A program made the position numbers and the translations under genes. Source: an uncultured virus (IMG/VR IMGVR_UViG_2860903427_000006) (taxonomy: Duplodnaviria > Heunggongvirae > Uroviricota > Caudoviricetes). Taken from it: 64,000 nt of DNA. The notes under the pieces are model-generated. The model had not been told where the DNA came from. It saw nothing but the letters and a program-made list of their open reading frames with translations, and made no database searches. The stretch is from IMG/VR virus record IMGVR_UViG_2860903427_000006, positions 1-64,000 of that record; one strand, given 5' to 3'. The first letter of the stretch is position 1. Each line of letters starts with the position of its first letter. Shown here piece after piece: positions 8,301-16,859 of this stretch.

Positions 8301-11300
8301 TGCCATCGTGGCATCAGCACCGGATACTCGACGGTTCAGGAGATATTCTTTTGTGGCCACCGAATGCAGATACATGCGCTGCATGTTCGGATCGCGGCGC
8401 ACCAACACGGTCACGATGTCATCCTTATCGTCGATCACCACCGGCGCCGATACGTAGAAACTCTCCCCCTTCTCATAGTCCGCGCGGTGAACCACCACAC
8501 CACGCTCCAGCACGTCCTTGACGGCCGCGAACGCCGAGAACTTGTATGGGTTGGCCTTGCCATGCGCCATCGAGTCGCGCACAGCGCGCATATCCAGCAC
8601 CACATCGCCCAGGTCCGGGTTCACTGCCTTGCCACCTTGAGACTCGAATAGCTTCGCCGCCCACTCGCGAACCGCAGCGAAGCCCTGTGGTGCTTCATTC
8701 CCCTCCAGGATGGCCACCGGCGGACCTTGCAGCACGCGCGCCTTGCGCATGTCGTCCTGGCTCATGGCTAGGCCGTCGCCCCGTACCCGGCCTTCGGCGG
8801 CGCTTTCCACACCAGCCATCGCATATCGCACCAGATCGTCCACGCTGATACGGCCAACCGGCAGACCGTGGCGCAGCATCCACTGACGGATGTTGGCCAG
8901 GAACCTACGCAGGAAGTCACCCACCTGCTTGCCCAGCGCACTGTCTACCCAGGACAGGAACCGGCTATCAGCCTCGGCGAACCCCTGCTCTCGCCCTTCA
9001 ATAACAGCCTGCTCCACGATATACGGAGCGGCCTCCTTCATGTTGCGGCTCTCGCCGGCCTCGATCATGCGGCTGGCCACACGGTCCAGGAAGGTGCGCA
9101 GTTCGGCGCTCCGGACTTTGCCGCGATTCATCAGCATGGCGTGGGCAGCCTGGTCGAGATTCTGCCGCTGCTGGCCGTGAACCATTTCGTGAAGCACCAC
9201 GGCCGGTGCGGTTACCGGATTCAGGTTCGGGCCGACCAGAAAAGTTAGACCTGATCTGGCATCGTAGAAGCCATTGATGCGCCCGCCATCCTCAAACAGT
9301 TGAACGGCATCGCTCAGTGCGGTACCGGATTTCCGCGCGTAGGTGTGCGCGATGCGCAACGGGTCGGCGCTGTCGATCACCACCAAGCCGCCCCGTTGTC
9401 CTTCCTTGCCGCGCTTCAGCATCTTGCGCACAGCCTGGCCCAGTGCTGGGAACTGCAGGTCGAAAGCACGCACCAGGCTTTGCGAGGTCATCGGCGGACG
9501 CCCCGTCAGGTTCTGCGGCAACGGGCCATTCTCGATGTCGCGGCCATTGAACGACACCAGCACCTGACTTGCAGGGATGTCCGCCGACTCATCGGGTGCA
9601 ATGTCCCGGCGCAGGCGCGGCGTCATTTTCAGCCGAGCCTGCGTGTTGCGCGCCTCCACCTCTCCAGCCAAACGACGATAGGTCGCCGCACCAGTCTTGT
9701 CGAAGTTGCTGACGAAAGCCCTGGCCGAGCCGCCCATGGCGAAACCTTCCCGGATCTGTATCGCATGCTGGAGTTCGTGCAGGATCGCCGAGGCAACCTC
9801 GGTGCGGGGCATGTTCGCCTGAACCTCAACTTGGTTACCAGTGGCGAACCGGCGTAGGCGAGCCAGCGCAGTGACGCCCTCTGGCATCACTGCCACCGGG
9901 ATACGCTGCAGGTCAGGATATGCAGCGAACAGTTGAGGATGGTTGAGCACATCGCCGACGGTCGGTCGACTGCGCTCGTCGTTGATCGCATTGAGGTGGG
10001 CCATATTGATGATGGCGCCAGCAGTCTCACCGGCCACGGCGATGCTGGCCTGATGATCGCTGATTTCGAAGCGCCACTTGCCATCAGCGCTACGGTGCCA
10101 GCCGGTATCTCGGCGAACGACCTCGGCGTTTTCGCCAATGGCGATGCGCTGCTGTGCTGTGCTCAGGGCATGCAGGTTGGCGCCGACAGCATTGCGTCCG
10201 GCGAACGAATACTGCACGGGCGGTTGTTCGCCGGGCTGCGGCGCTGGAGACTCTTCGGCTGCCGGCTTATCGATCACCACCATGCGCGCGTTCACGCCGG
10301 TATTGACGGGTAGCGCCGGGTCCATAAACGAACCCTCCGGCAGCCGTTCACTGGTGGCGCCCAGGCCGTCCAGCCAGGCGCGGAAGTTCTCGGCGGCCTT
10401 GTTGCTCTGGAAGAAGGCGCCTTCGCTCATGATGGCAACCAGGCGGCCGCCGGGCTTCAGCAGGCTGTAGGCGTGCTGTACGTGCTGGATGTCGCGCCCC
10501 TTGGAGAACGGAGGATTCATGACGATCCGGTCATAGCCGCTGTCCGCACCACGATGCTCGACGCCCACCAGGTCGTCGCGGTCCATGTATTGGCTGCGGC
10601 GATCATCTGGCATGCCGCTCTCATCCAGAGGCTGGAAGCGCACCCGGTTGCTACCCAAGCCGCCCTGTCCACGCATCACGCCAAGGGAACCATCGGGCGC
10701 GCGAAACACGTCGCCGAAAGTGTAGGAACTGCGCGGTTGCACATCCATGAAGTCACTACCCACCACGCGGTAGCCCTTGGCTTCCAGAAGCTCGCGGCGC
10801 TCGCCGGACAGCTCAATCACGTCAGGGTCCACGCCCGCCTGGTCACGGATCGCATCGGCGATATGGCCCATCCCGGCGGATGGCTCCAGGACAGACATGC
10901 CCTCCCCAATCTCAGCGGCGTCCAGCATGGACTCCACCACGGCATCGCTGGTCGGGAAGAAGTCCAGGCCGTCATTGCGACGACCGATCATCGCCCGTTC
11001 CATCTGCTTGATCTTATCCGGCTCGGCGGGCGCCTCGCGCAGCGCTGCGAACTCGCGCAGTGCGGAGCGGTACTCGCTGCCGGTGAAGATGCCCATGCTC
11101 TCCAGGCGCTTGCGCTTTTCGTGCGCGCTCTCCAGCGCCCACGGAACGGTGATCTTGCTGCCACTGCGCCGGCCCAGGGCCTGCACCAGTTCGCCCCCGA
11201 ACTCGCCGGACAGCGTGATGCGCTTGTCGCCGTCGCCCTGCCAGAGGCCCAGCTTCATGGCTTCGCTGGGGGCCATGACGATGCGGTTCTGCCCGCGTTT

Positions 11301-14300
11301 CACCGGAAGCACGATGGCCTTGCCGGTGAGGCCGGAGCGGCGAATGGCACGCTCGGCATCCTCGCGACTCTTAAAGTCGGCGAACTGGTCACCGCGGGTG
11401 AAGCGGCTGACGGACAGAAGGTTCTGCTTGGCCCAGTCGGTGTAGGCCTCGGTCACGTCGTCGGCGACCTTCTCCAGGCGCGCGGCCAGTTTCTTCAGGC
11501 CGTCCACGTCCGCCATCTGGCGCGCCAGGCTCGCTAGGTCGGAGCGCATGGCGGTGTAACTGGGGAAGGTGGAGTAGTCCACCGTCTCGGCGTCCACCGG
11601 CTCGCCGCGGTGTTTCTCCTGCTCGCCGTAAGTCGGGTACTTCGCACGAATCTGCGCGTCCTTCGCATTGCGCAGTTCCCGCGCCAGGAACTCCACTTGC
11701 ACTTTCTGCCGCACGGTGTCCAGGAACTTGGCCTTGCCGCCCTCGATGGCATCGGCCAGGTTGTTCATGGTGGCGGCCAGTGCCTTGTCGGACCGCGCAG
11801 AGGCCTCGGCGCTGGCGGCCATCCGCGCACGGCGCTCGGTGTTCTGCTTGCGCTCGCGGTTCAGCGCTTCATCGGCCCGCTCGTTGAGGGCCTGAGCCAT
11901 GGTGCGCAGTCGCTCGGCGGCGCCCTGACTGCGGTCATCCTCGAAGGCGTCGCGGCGCGCTTCTGCAACGGCCTGCGCGTCGGCGGTGTCGCCTGTCACC
12001 AACTTACGGAATGCTTCGGCCGCCTCGCGGGTGCGGAACTGGAAGCCGGGGACGGCGCCATTTCCACGATAACTGCTGTAGCTGCCGCCCAGCCGCTTCG
12101 CCGAATTGTTCAGGGTGTCGTAGTCCTCGCGGCTGACGCGCTCGGCCAGTTGCACAACGAACAGGTCATGCCCGTGCTTGGTGTGCTTCGTCTCGATGAT
12201 GTCGCCGGCCGTAGTCTGCCCGGCGCTGGCTACGCGGGTCTTGGCCTGTGCCTTGGCCTGCTCACGCAAGGCCTTAGTGCTCTCGGCCTCCAGTTCGTCG
12301 TAGCGAATACGCTGTTCCGGCGTCAGGCGCATGAACGCCTCCCGCAGGGACTCCCCGTGCGCCTCCATGTTGTAGCTCACTGCCTGGCGGAACTCGGCGA
12401 GGGTCTGCGGGTTGGCGACAGCCTTCTGCTGCGCTTCCCGACGGGCCTGGACTTCCTGCTGCGCCTCGGCGACCTCGGCGGCGTGTGCCTTGATGTCGTC
12501 GTCGGTGGTGTTCGCCACCAGCTCGGCCAGCGCGCTGGCCTTGGCCTGGCGGTGCGCTTCTAGGCCGGCAGCCGACATCACGTAGCTGCTCGGGCCGTAG
12601 CTGCGGCCCAGCGCAAATTCCTCCAGCACGCGACCGGCCAGCGCATCGACAATCGCTGCCTTCTTCTCGTTGCGGTAGCGGTGGAAGAAGCTGTAGCCGC
12701 CTGACTTCAGCAGGTCATCCTTCTTCATAGTGCCCAGCTCGGCCACCAGGGCGTCGCGGGCGTTCTGCGTACGCTCGAATGCCTGGCGGAACTCGTCGGC
12801 GGTCGCCTCCCCACTGCGCGCGCGCTGCATGAGGGCTACATGCGCATCGAGCGTCGGGGTTTTCGAATCGCTGGACTGCGCGGGCTCGGGCTTGGGTGCC
12901 TCTGCCGGTTCGGACTCGGGCCGGGCTGCATCCTCGGCGCGCACGAAATCGACCAGTTCACGCACGCGGCGTTTCGACTCCGGCACGCTCATGCCGCGCT
13001 CACGGAACAGCGCCGCCAGGTCGAACTTGTCGCTGGTCAGCACGCTGCCATCGGTCGGCGTCAACTTAATGCTGGTCGGGTAGCCATCCTTGCCGAAGTT
13101 CACCCCGGCAAGGTGCGCGGCCTTGGTGATCGCCACCGGCTCGCTGCCCTTCTTCCAGGACAGAATCCTGCGCATCAGGCTGCGGTCCCCGTCTTCCTTG
13201 CGCTGCGCCTTGTCGGCGCGGGCCTGCTCGGCGGCCTGGCGATCTGCCGCCTTTTCCTCGTCGGTACGGGCGTCCAGGGCCGCCTGGCGCACGCGATCCT
13301 GATTGGCCTTCTGCCAGGCCACGAATGTGTCGATGGCGCGGTCGTAGGCGCTGTTGCGCCTGTCCGCCTGCTTGCTGTTCAGTCCAGAACGCCCGACAAC
13401 ATAACCGCTGTAGGTGCCGGCGCGCACGTTCATCAGGCGCCGGTACTGGGCCAGGTAATCGGCCCGCAATTCTCGTGTGGCTTGCTCCACGGCCGCCTGC
13501 TGAGCATCGGTGCGCGCCACGACAGCGCCCGCGTCGCGGGCCACGTCGATGTAGGTCTGGAACTCATCCGCATCGGACTTCGCTCGCTGGCTGCTGCTGT
13601 TCGAGATACCGGAGTAGCTGGCGGCGGCTTCCTTCAAGGGGAACTCATCGGCGGTTGGCGCTTCCTGTGTTGCGATACGACCGGCCGGGCCGCGCTTCAT
13701 GTCGCGCACATCCGGCGCCGTCATGTGAGTGCGCTCGCTCTCGCCCGGGACATCCACCCAGGTGTCGCCTTCCTTGCGTACACTGCGCACCGTGACGGTC
13801 CAGCTTCCCGATTCGGTCGGGTTGTAGCTGATAACCCTGTCGTAGTTGGCGCCGTAACCTCGCACCACGTTGCCGGGGGTGAAGTATTCGGCGCGGGCCT
13901 GGGCCTCGGCCTGTAACCTCTTTGCCAGCACGCCGCGCGGCTTCTTCTTAGGCACATCAGGAGTTGCTGGCCCAGGCTCGGGCCTCACCTGCTTCGCTTC
14001 AACCGTGGCACCCTGCCCGCTGCTGGCATCGGTGGTGGAACTGGGAAATTCGTGGGCCAGTTTCACCAGGTCGCGGATGGGGGCATCCAGGCGGATCACC
14101 TTCACCTCTTCGCCGTTGTCGCGGGCCGCCATCCACTGGTGATGGCCGTCCAGCACATGGCCGTCACGCGACACCAGAATGGAGCGGTTGCCACCTTCGA
14201 AGCCCTTGGCCTTGGCCACCTTGTCGCGGCTGAATTCGGCCTGCGTCGGCTTCAGGCTGTCGGCCGGCACGGTTTCTTCCTGGTGCTGCACGCCACGAGC

Positions 14301-16859
14301 GTGCAGGAAGTTGACCATGGCACCGCGATGCTCGGCCTTGATCTGCGGCATGTCGGCGCGAGGGATACCCACGGTGCCCGATTCCTTGCTGAACTCCGCC
14401 CAGCCTTCGCCGATGTCCTTGCCTTCGATGCTGGGCACCTTGGGCTTGTTCAGGCTCGCCAGGTGCTGCTGGATCGGAACCGCTTCGTATTTCTCGGTGT
14501 TGAGCGCGTCAACCTTCTTACGGTCGAACGTTTCCGCGATCACCTCACCGGTTTCCTTGTTTCGGATGACCCAGCTTGCGCTGTTGTCGGTGGCGGTAGA
14601 CTTCGGCACCAGTGGCTTCAGCACACGGGGCTGCACAGCAGGCTGTTGGCCGAACAGGTATTCCTCGGCAGCGTCCTTATCGGCCCGCTGCGGCTTCTCC
14701 AGATTCGCCTCGAACTGGCGCGCGTTGGACTCGTCGCCGCGCGAGCGCGCTTCATCCAGTGCATTCTGCATCAGCCACTGGTCCACGGCCTTGATGGTGC
14801 CGGTCGCCTTGCGGTTGGTGTCCACGCTGACCTTCGGGAAAGGCGTCGTCTGCCGCCCGCTGCTGGTGGTCACTACTTCGCCACTGCCCAGCTTTCCGCC
14901 CACCTCTCCGCGACGCACGGCCTGCAGCGCCGCAGGCTGCTCGGGCTTCTGTTTGGCCTGGCGTACCTTCGAAATGGCGTCCTTCAGGTTGGTCGCTTTC
15001 GCCCCGGTCGCAGGTGCTGCCGGTACGGATTCCGCTGCCGGCGCCAGCGATACAGCCGGTTGTGCGGCTTGCGCCTGCTGCGCGTCAGCCTTGCCTTGGT
15101 CCTGCTGGATGTCGTCCTGTACGCCGATTGGCGTCGGGGCTTGCTGCTGCGCCGCCTGGTCCAGGGCGAAGCCGCGAGCGCGGGCGGCTAGCTCCACCCG
15201 GCCAGCGGCGTTCTGGTGGCGCTGCTCATCCTGCTGATCCTCGGCGAGGATCGCGGCAATTTCATCGGGGCTCTGCGCGGCCTCGATACGCTTCACGCGC
15301 TCGCCGACGCGCTGCATGTAGCCGGCATCCGGCGCTGGCGCGAGCTTGTCCAGTTCCTCCTGCAAGCGATCGCGCTCGGCGATTTTCTTCGCGTCCCATC
15401 CGGTGGCACGGGCTTGCCGGCGTACAAATTCCAGGCGTCCCTGCAGATCGGTGACAGGATCGGATGCCAGCAGATCACCCTGCTCCGCTGTAATCTCACC
15501 GGTTTCCGGGTTGACCTGATCACCTTTCCGGCCGCTCTTCTGCGCCTCCTCGGCTGCCTGCTGGAGCACGGCTTGTTGCACCATCTGGTCAGTTGCGCCA
15601 CTGTCCACGGCCTGCGCAGCAGCACCAGACAGTGGCCCAGCAGCCGGGTCCAGACCCATCTGCTCGGAGCGCTTTGGGGCCGCTGGGACCGGAGTCACAT
15701 CGGTGACTTCACCTCGACGGATTCGGTCCAGACGTTCAGCCTCTTGCTGACGCTGTACCTGGGTAGCGGAGTTCTGGTCGACCGTGGTCCGGACCTGGCC
15801 GTCAGAACCAGCCTCATACACTGGAGCTGGGAGTGCCAGTGGCGCAGTCGTCTCGGTCTGCCCCTCAAGGCCCGGGGTACTCTCGAAGGTAGCGTCCGCA
15901 TCCGCCAGGCCACGGGACGCTGCCGGCTCACCGCCATGCAGAACCGCCGCCGGCCCACCCATGGCCATCCCGGCCAGCGTTCCCATTACCATCGCTTCAT
16001 CCAGGCCGCTGGCCCAGTCCCGTCCCAGCGCCAGGTTTTGCAGAACCTGCTCAGATGCCGACTGTGGCAGTTCCTCAAGGAAGCCCTCAGAGATTGCGCC
16101 CTCTATCACCTTCCGCGGAATGCTCTTCGCCGGCATGGACGCCAGTTCGCTGACTAGTTGTCCTGGGTTGGCACCACCAGCGAGGAGGGTATCCGCATCA
16201 CCGATACCCAGTTTCTTGGCCAAGCTACCGCCGGCAAGGGAAAACAGACTTCCCAACACACCAGTGGCCACCGCAGCTCCCGACTGCGCCGGAGTGAGCA
16301 AGCCGTCATCAGTTTCTTGGCGGATCTGCTCTGCTTGCTGACCAGCCATCACCGCCCCTTCGCCAGCCGCGCCGGCTGCCACAGGTGCCAACGCTGGAGC
16401 CAGCGCCCGAACGCCACGACCGACCGCGCCCCCCGCCAACATGGAAGGCAAAGACTCCGCTACGGTGTTCACGACCATCGACGGGTTCTGTACAGCATGC
16501 AGCGTCTTGTCTACGACGCCATCAGCATCCTGAAAGTCCTGCTGTTGCTGTTTGTACTGATCGGTGTGCAGATCACTCAGGAAATCCTTCGCCTCCCGGG
16601 GCCGGAAGCCGAGCATGCCGTCCTGGTTCTCGAGGAACTTACCTACGCGGCCCTCTGTTGGGATATCAGCGAGGCCAACAGCCGCTTCCGGAACCCCAAT
16701 CACCCCCTTGGCCACGGATAGGCCAAGGTCGCGCGCATGCCCGATCAGGCCTCTTCCCTCCTCCTTCGTCTCGCCACCGAACTCCTCCCACGGCTTCTCG
16801 CCACCAGTTACTGGCTGTTGAGACGCGAACTCTTCCCATGGCTTGCTGGTATCGGCCAT
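5304..16859 (-). CDS. giant polyvalent internal virion protein (ParB-like, N6-adenine MTase, LPD23/zincin, second zincin, LPD3-like, PLxRFG)
   Basis: 3851 aa; LKPTQ...ILVS.DG.VLDGHH; DFFPT...VLEPSAGMG...MNPPF; GWHRSADGKWRFEISD; HELQH; HEMVH; YAPLSRFG; start overlaps the upstream stop (TAATG). Confidence 0.9.
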   Translation of the reverse strand: MADTSKPWEEFASQQPVTGGEKPWEEFGGETKEEGRGLIGHARDLGLSVAKGVIGVPEAAVGLADIPTEGRVGKFLENQDGMLGFRPREAKDFLSDLHTDQYKQQQQDFQDADGVVDKTLHAVQNPSMVVNTVAESLPSMLAGGAVGRGVRALAPALAPVAAGAAGEGAVMAGQQAEQIRQETDDGLLTPAQSGAAVATGVLGSLFSLAGGSLAKKLGIGDADTLLAGGANPGQLVSELASMPAKSIPRKVIEGAISEGFLEELPQSASEQVLQNLALGRDWASGLDEAMVMGTLAGMAMGGPAAVLHGGEPAASRGLADADATFESTPGLEGQTETTAPLALPAPVYEAGSDGQVRTTVDQNSATQVQRQQEAERLDRIRRGEVTDVTPVPAAPKRSEQMGLDPAAGPLSGAAAQAVDSGATDQMVQQAVLQQAAEEAQKSGRKGDQVNPETGEITAEQGDLLASDPVTDLQGRLEFVRRQARATGWDAKKIAERDRLQEELDKLAPAPDAGYMQRVGERVKRIEAAQSPDEIAAILAEDQQDEQRHQNAAGRVELAARARGFALDQAAQQQAPTPIGVQDDIQQDQGKADAQQAQAAQPAVSLAPAAESVPAAPATGAKATNLKDAISKVRQAKQKPEQPAALQAVRRGEVGGKLGSGEVVTTSSGRQTTPFPKVSVDTNRKATGTIKAVDQWLMQNALDEARSRGDESNARQFEANLEKPQRADKDAAEEYLFGQQPAVQPRVLKPLVPKSTATDNSASWVIRNKETGEVIAETFDRKKVDALNTEKYEAVPIQQHLASLNKPKVPSIEGKDIGEGWAEFSKESGTVGIPRADMPQIKAEHRGAMVNFLHARGVQHQEETVPADSLKPTQAEFSRDKVAKAKGFEGGNRSILVSRDGHVLDGHHQWMAARDNGEEVKVIRLDAPIRDLVKLAHEFPSSTTDASSGQGATVEAKQVRPEPGPATPDVPKKKPRGVLAKRLQAEAQARAEYFTPGNVVRGYGANYDRVISYNPTESGSWTVTVRSVRKEGDTWVDVPGESERTHMTAPDVRDMKRGPAGRIATQEAPTADEFPLKEAAASYSGISNSSSQRAKSDADEFQTYIDVARDAGAVVARTDAQQAAVEQATRELRADYLAQYRRLMNVRAGTYSGYVVGRSGLNSKQADRRNSAYDRAIDTFVAWQKANQDRVRQAALDARTDEEKAADRQAAEQARADKAQRKEDGDRSLMRRILSWKKGSEPVAITKAAHLAGVNFGKDGYPTSIKLTPTDGSVLTSDKFDLAALFRERGMSVPESKRRVRELVDFVRAEDAARPESEPAEAPKPEPAQSSDSKTPTLDAHVALMQRARSGEATADEFRQAFERTQNARDALVAELGTMKKDDLLKSGGYSFFHRYRNEKKAAIVDALAGRVLEEFALGRSYGPSSYVMSAAGLEAHRQAKASALAELVANTTDDDIKAHAAEVAEAQQEVQARREAQQKAVANPQTLAEFRQAVSYNMEAHGESLREAFMRLTPEQRIRYDELEAESTKALREQAKAQAKTRVASAGQTTAGDIIETKHTKHGHDLFVVQLAERVSREDYDTLNNSAKRLGGSYSSYRGNGAVPGFQFRTREAAEAFRKLVTGDTADAQAVAEARRDAFEDDRSQGAAERLRTMAQALNERADEALNRERKQNTERRARMAASAEASARSDKALAATMNNLADAIEGGKAKFLDTVRQKVQVEFLARELRNAKDAQIRAKYPTYGEQEKHRGEPVDAETVDYSTFPSYTAMRSDLASLARQMADVDGLKKLAARLEKVADDVTEAYTDWAKQNLLSVSRFTRGDQFADFKSREDAERAIRRSGLTGKAIVLPVKRGQNRIVMAPSEAMKLGLWQGDGDKRITLSGEFGGELVQALGRRSGSKITVPWALESAHEKRKRLESMGIFTGSEYRSALREFAALREAPAEPDKIKQMERAMIGRRNDGLDFFPTSDAVVESMLDAAEIGEGMSVLEPSAGMGHIADAIRDQAGVDPDVIELSGERRELLEAKGYRVVGSDFMDVQPRSSYTFGDVFRAPDGSLGVMRGQGGLGSNRVRFQPLDESGMPDDRRSQYMDRDDLVGVEHRGADSGYDRIVMNPPFSKGRDIQHVQHAYSLLKPGGRLVAIMSEGAFFQSNKAAENFRAWLDGLGATSERLPEGSFMDPALPVNTGVNARMVVIDKPAAEESPAPQPGEQPPVQYSFAGRNAVGANLHALSTAQQRIAIGENAEVVRRDTGWHRSADGKWRFEISDHQASIAVAGETAGAIINMAHLNAINDERSRPTVGDVLNHPQLFAAYPDLQRIPVAVMPEGVTALARLRRFATGNQVEVQANMPRTEVASAILHELQHAIQIREGFAMGGSARAFVSNFDKTGAATYRRLAGEVEARNTQARLKMTPRLRRDIAPDESADIPASQVLVSFNGRDIENGPLPQNLTGRPPMTSQSLVRAFDLQFPALGQAVRKMLKRGKEGQRGGLVVIDSADPLRIAHTYARKSGTALSDAVQLFEDGGRINGFYDARSGLTFLVGPNLNPVTAPAVVLHEMVHGQQRQNLDQAAHAMLMNRGKVRSAELRTFLDRVASRMIEAGESRNMKEAAPYIVEQAVIEGREQGFAEADSRFLSWVDSALGKQVGDFLRRFLANIRQWMLRHGLPVGRISVDDLVRYAMAGVESAAEGRVRGDGLAMSQDDMRKARVLQGPPVAILEGNEAPQGFAAVREWAAKLFESQGGKAVNPDLGDVVLDMRAVRDSMAHGKANPYKFSAFAAVKDVLERGVVVHRADYEKGESFYVSAPVVIDDKDDIVTVLVRRDPNMQRMYLHSVATKEYLLNRRVSGADATMAVQPSGSSSSGDVASVLQRLLTASLNEPEGPQFSRSGLRELTSKATAELNKTFSAPGGLSWWHKTIGTMYNLAERSPAFKPVFESAQGFIDDVSYYASDAADLAPKLLPKLETWRDIAKTPVGAEDNKAVAKPVFEGTLMWARDVDGKPVRVDSLAERAMRLTADEKADILRKQGKIPEGLLRAWRGLSPEQFAKMIDSRYESQMLKAGIVWTDAELRDIWKLNDAQVALYREFRAATDRSLDTMARADMLRFGGEDVKELRDQVMDAADAQEGAAILRDHLAQMADAWPERATNLLNLAHGMTDRAEKVAQLQGEGYAPLSRFGKYTVDVVGQDGQREYFSLFETKREANQMAEQMRGAFPGATVSQGTLSEEAYKLFAGITPETLELFGNALGFDSQGDSARDQAFQDYLRLTKTNRSAMRRLIHRKGIAGYSEDVGRVLASFVYSNARQTAAGLHMGDLSEAVNGIPQAQGELKDAAVRLADYIKNPQEEGQAVRGLLFAQYLGGSVASAFVNMTQPVQVTFPWLSQYCGVKRAATELGRAARQMAHRSYQFEPDLARALKRAEDDGVVSPQEVHQLMAQARGSGSLRAGDGTRLGDARALASNSVARLSMAWGKLFGAAEQINRRMTYIASYRIAKAQNMANPDEFARRAVRETQFVYSKASKMRWGRGAVGGTLMTFKTYSVAYLELMHRLWNQGEPGSQERKDGRKAAALMIGMLLLVGGAGGLPFAEDAEDLIDGAAQLMGYNFSTAKAKQEFLESLFGRVLADFIDRGVSGLPGAPLDVSGRLGMGNLIPGTGLLTEKTSHTRDVLEIAGPMGDFASRIASGTRKVLGGDIGSGILEMSPGAVRNAAKGVDMLATGMYRDAKGYKVLDTNVLEAAMKSIGFQPASVATIQGANMLNQKAKAFYNLKAQEIRSMWAAGIFEKDQGKVERARQAIADWNRRNPDQPMAIRVPDIMRRVREMSLSKDERIAKTAPKAMRQQMREDLERTRATLD

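Noticed and set aside
10540..10740. Intein in the giant protein's MTase
   Set aside because: Too short, and lacks the N-terminal Cys/Ser block and C-terminal HN
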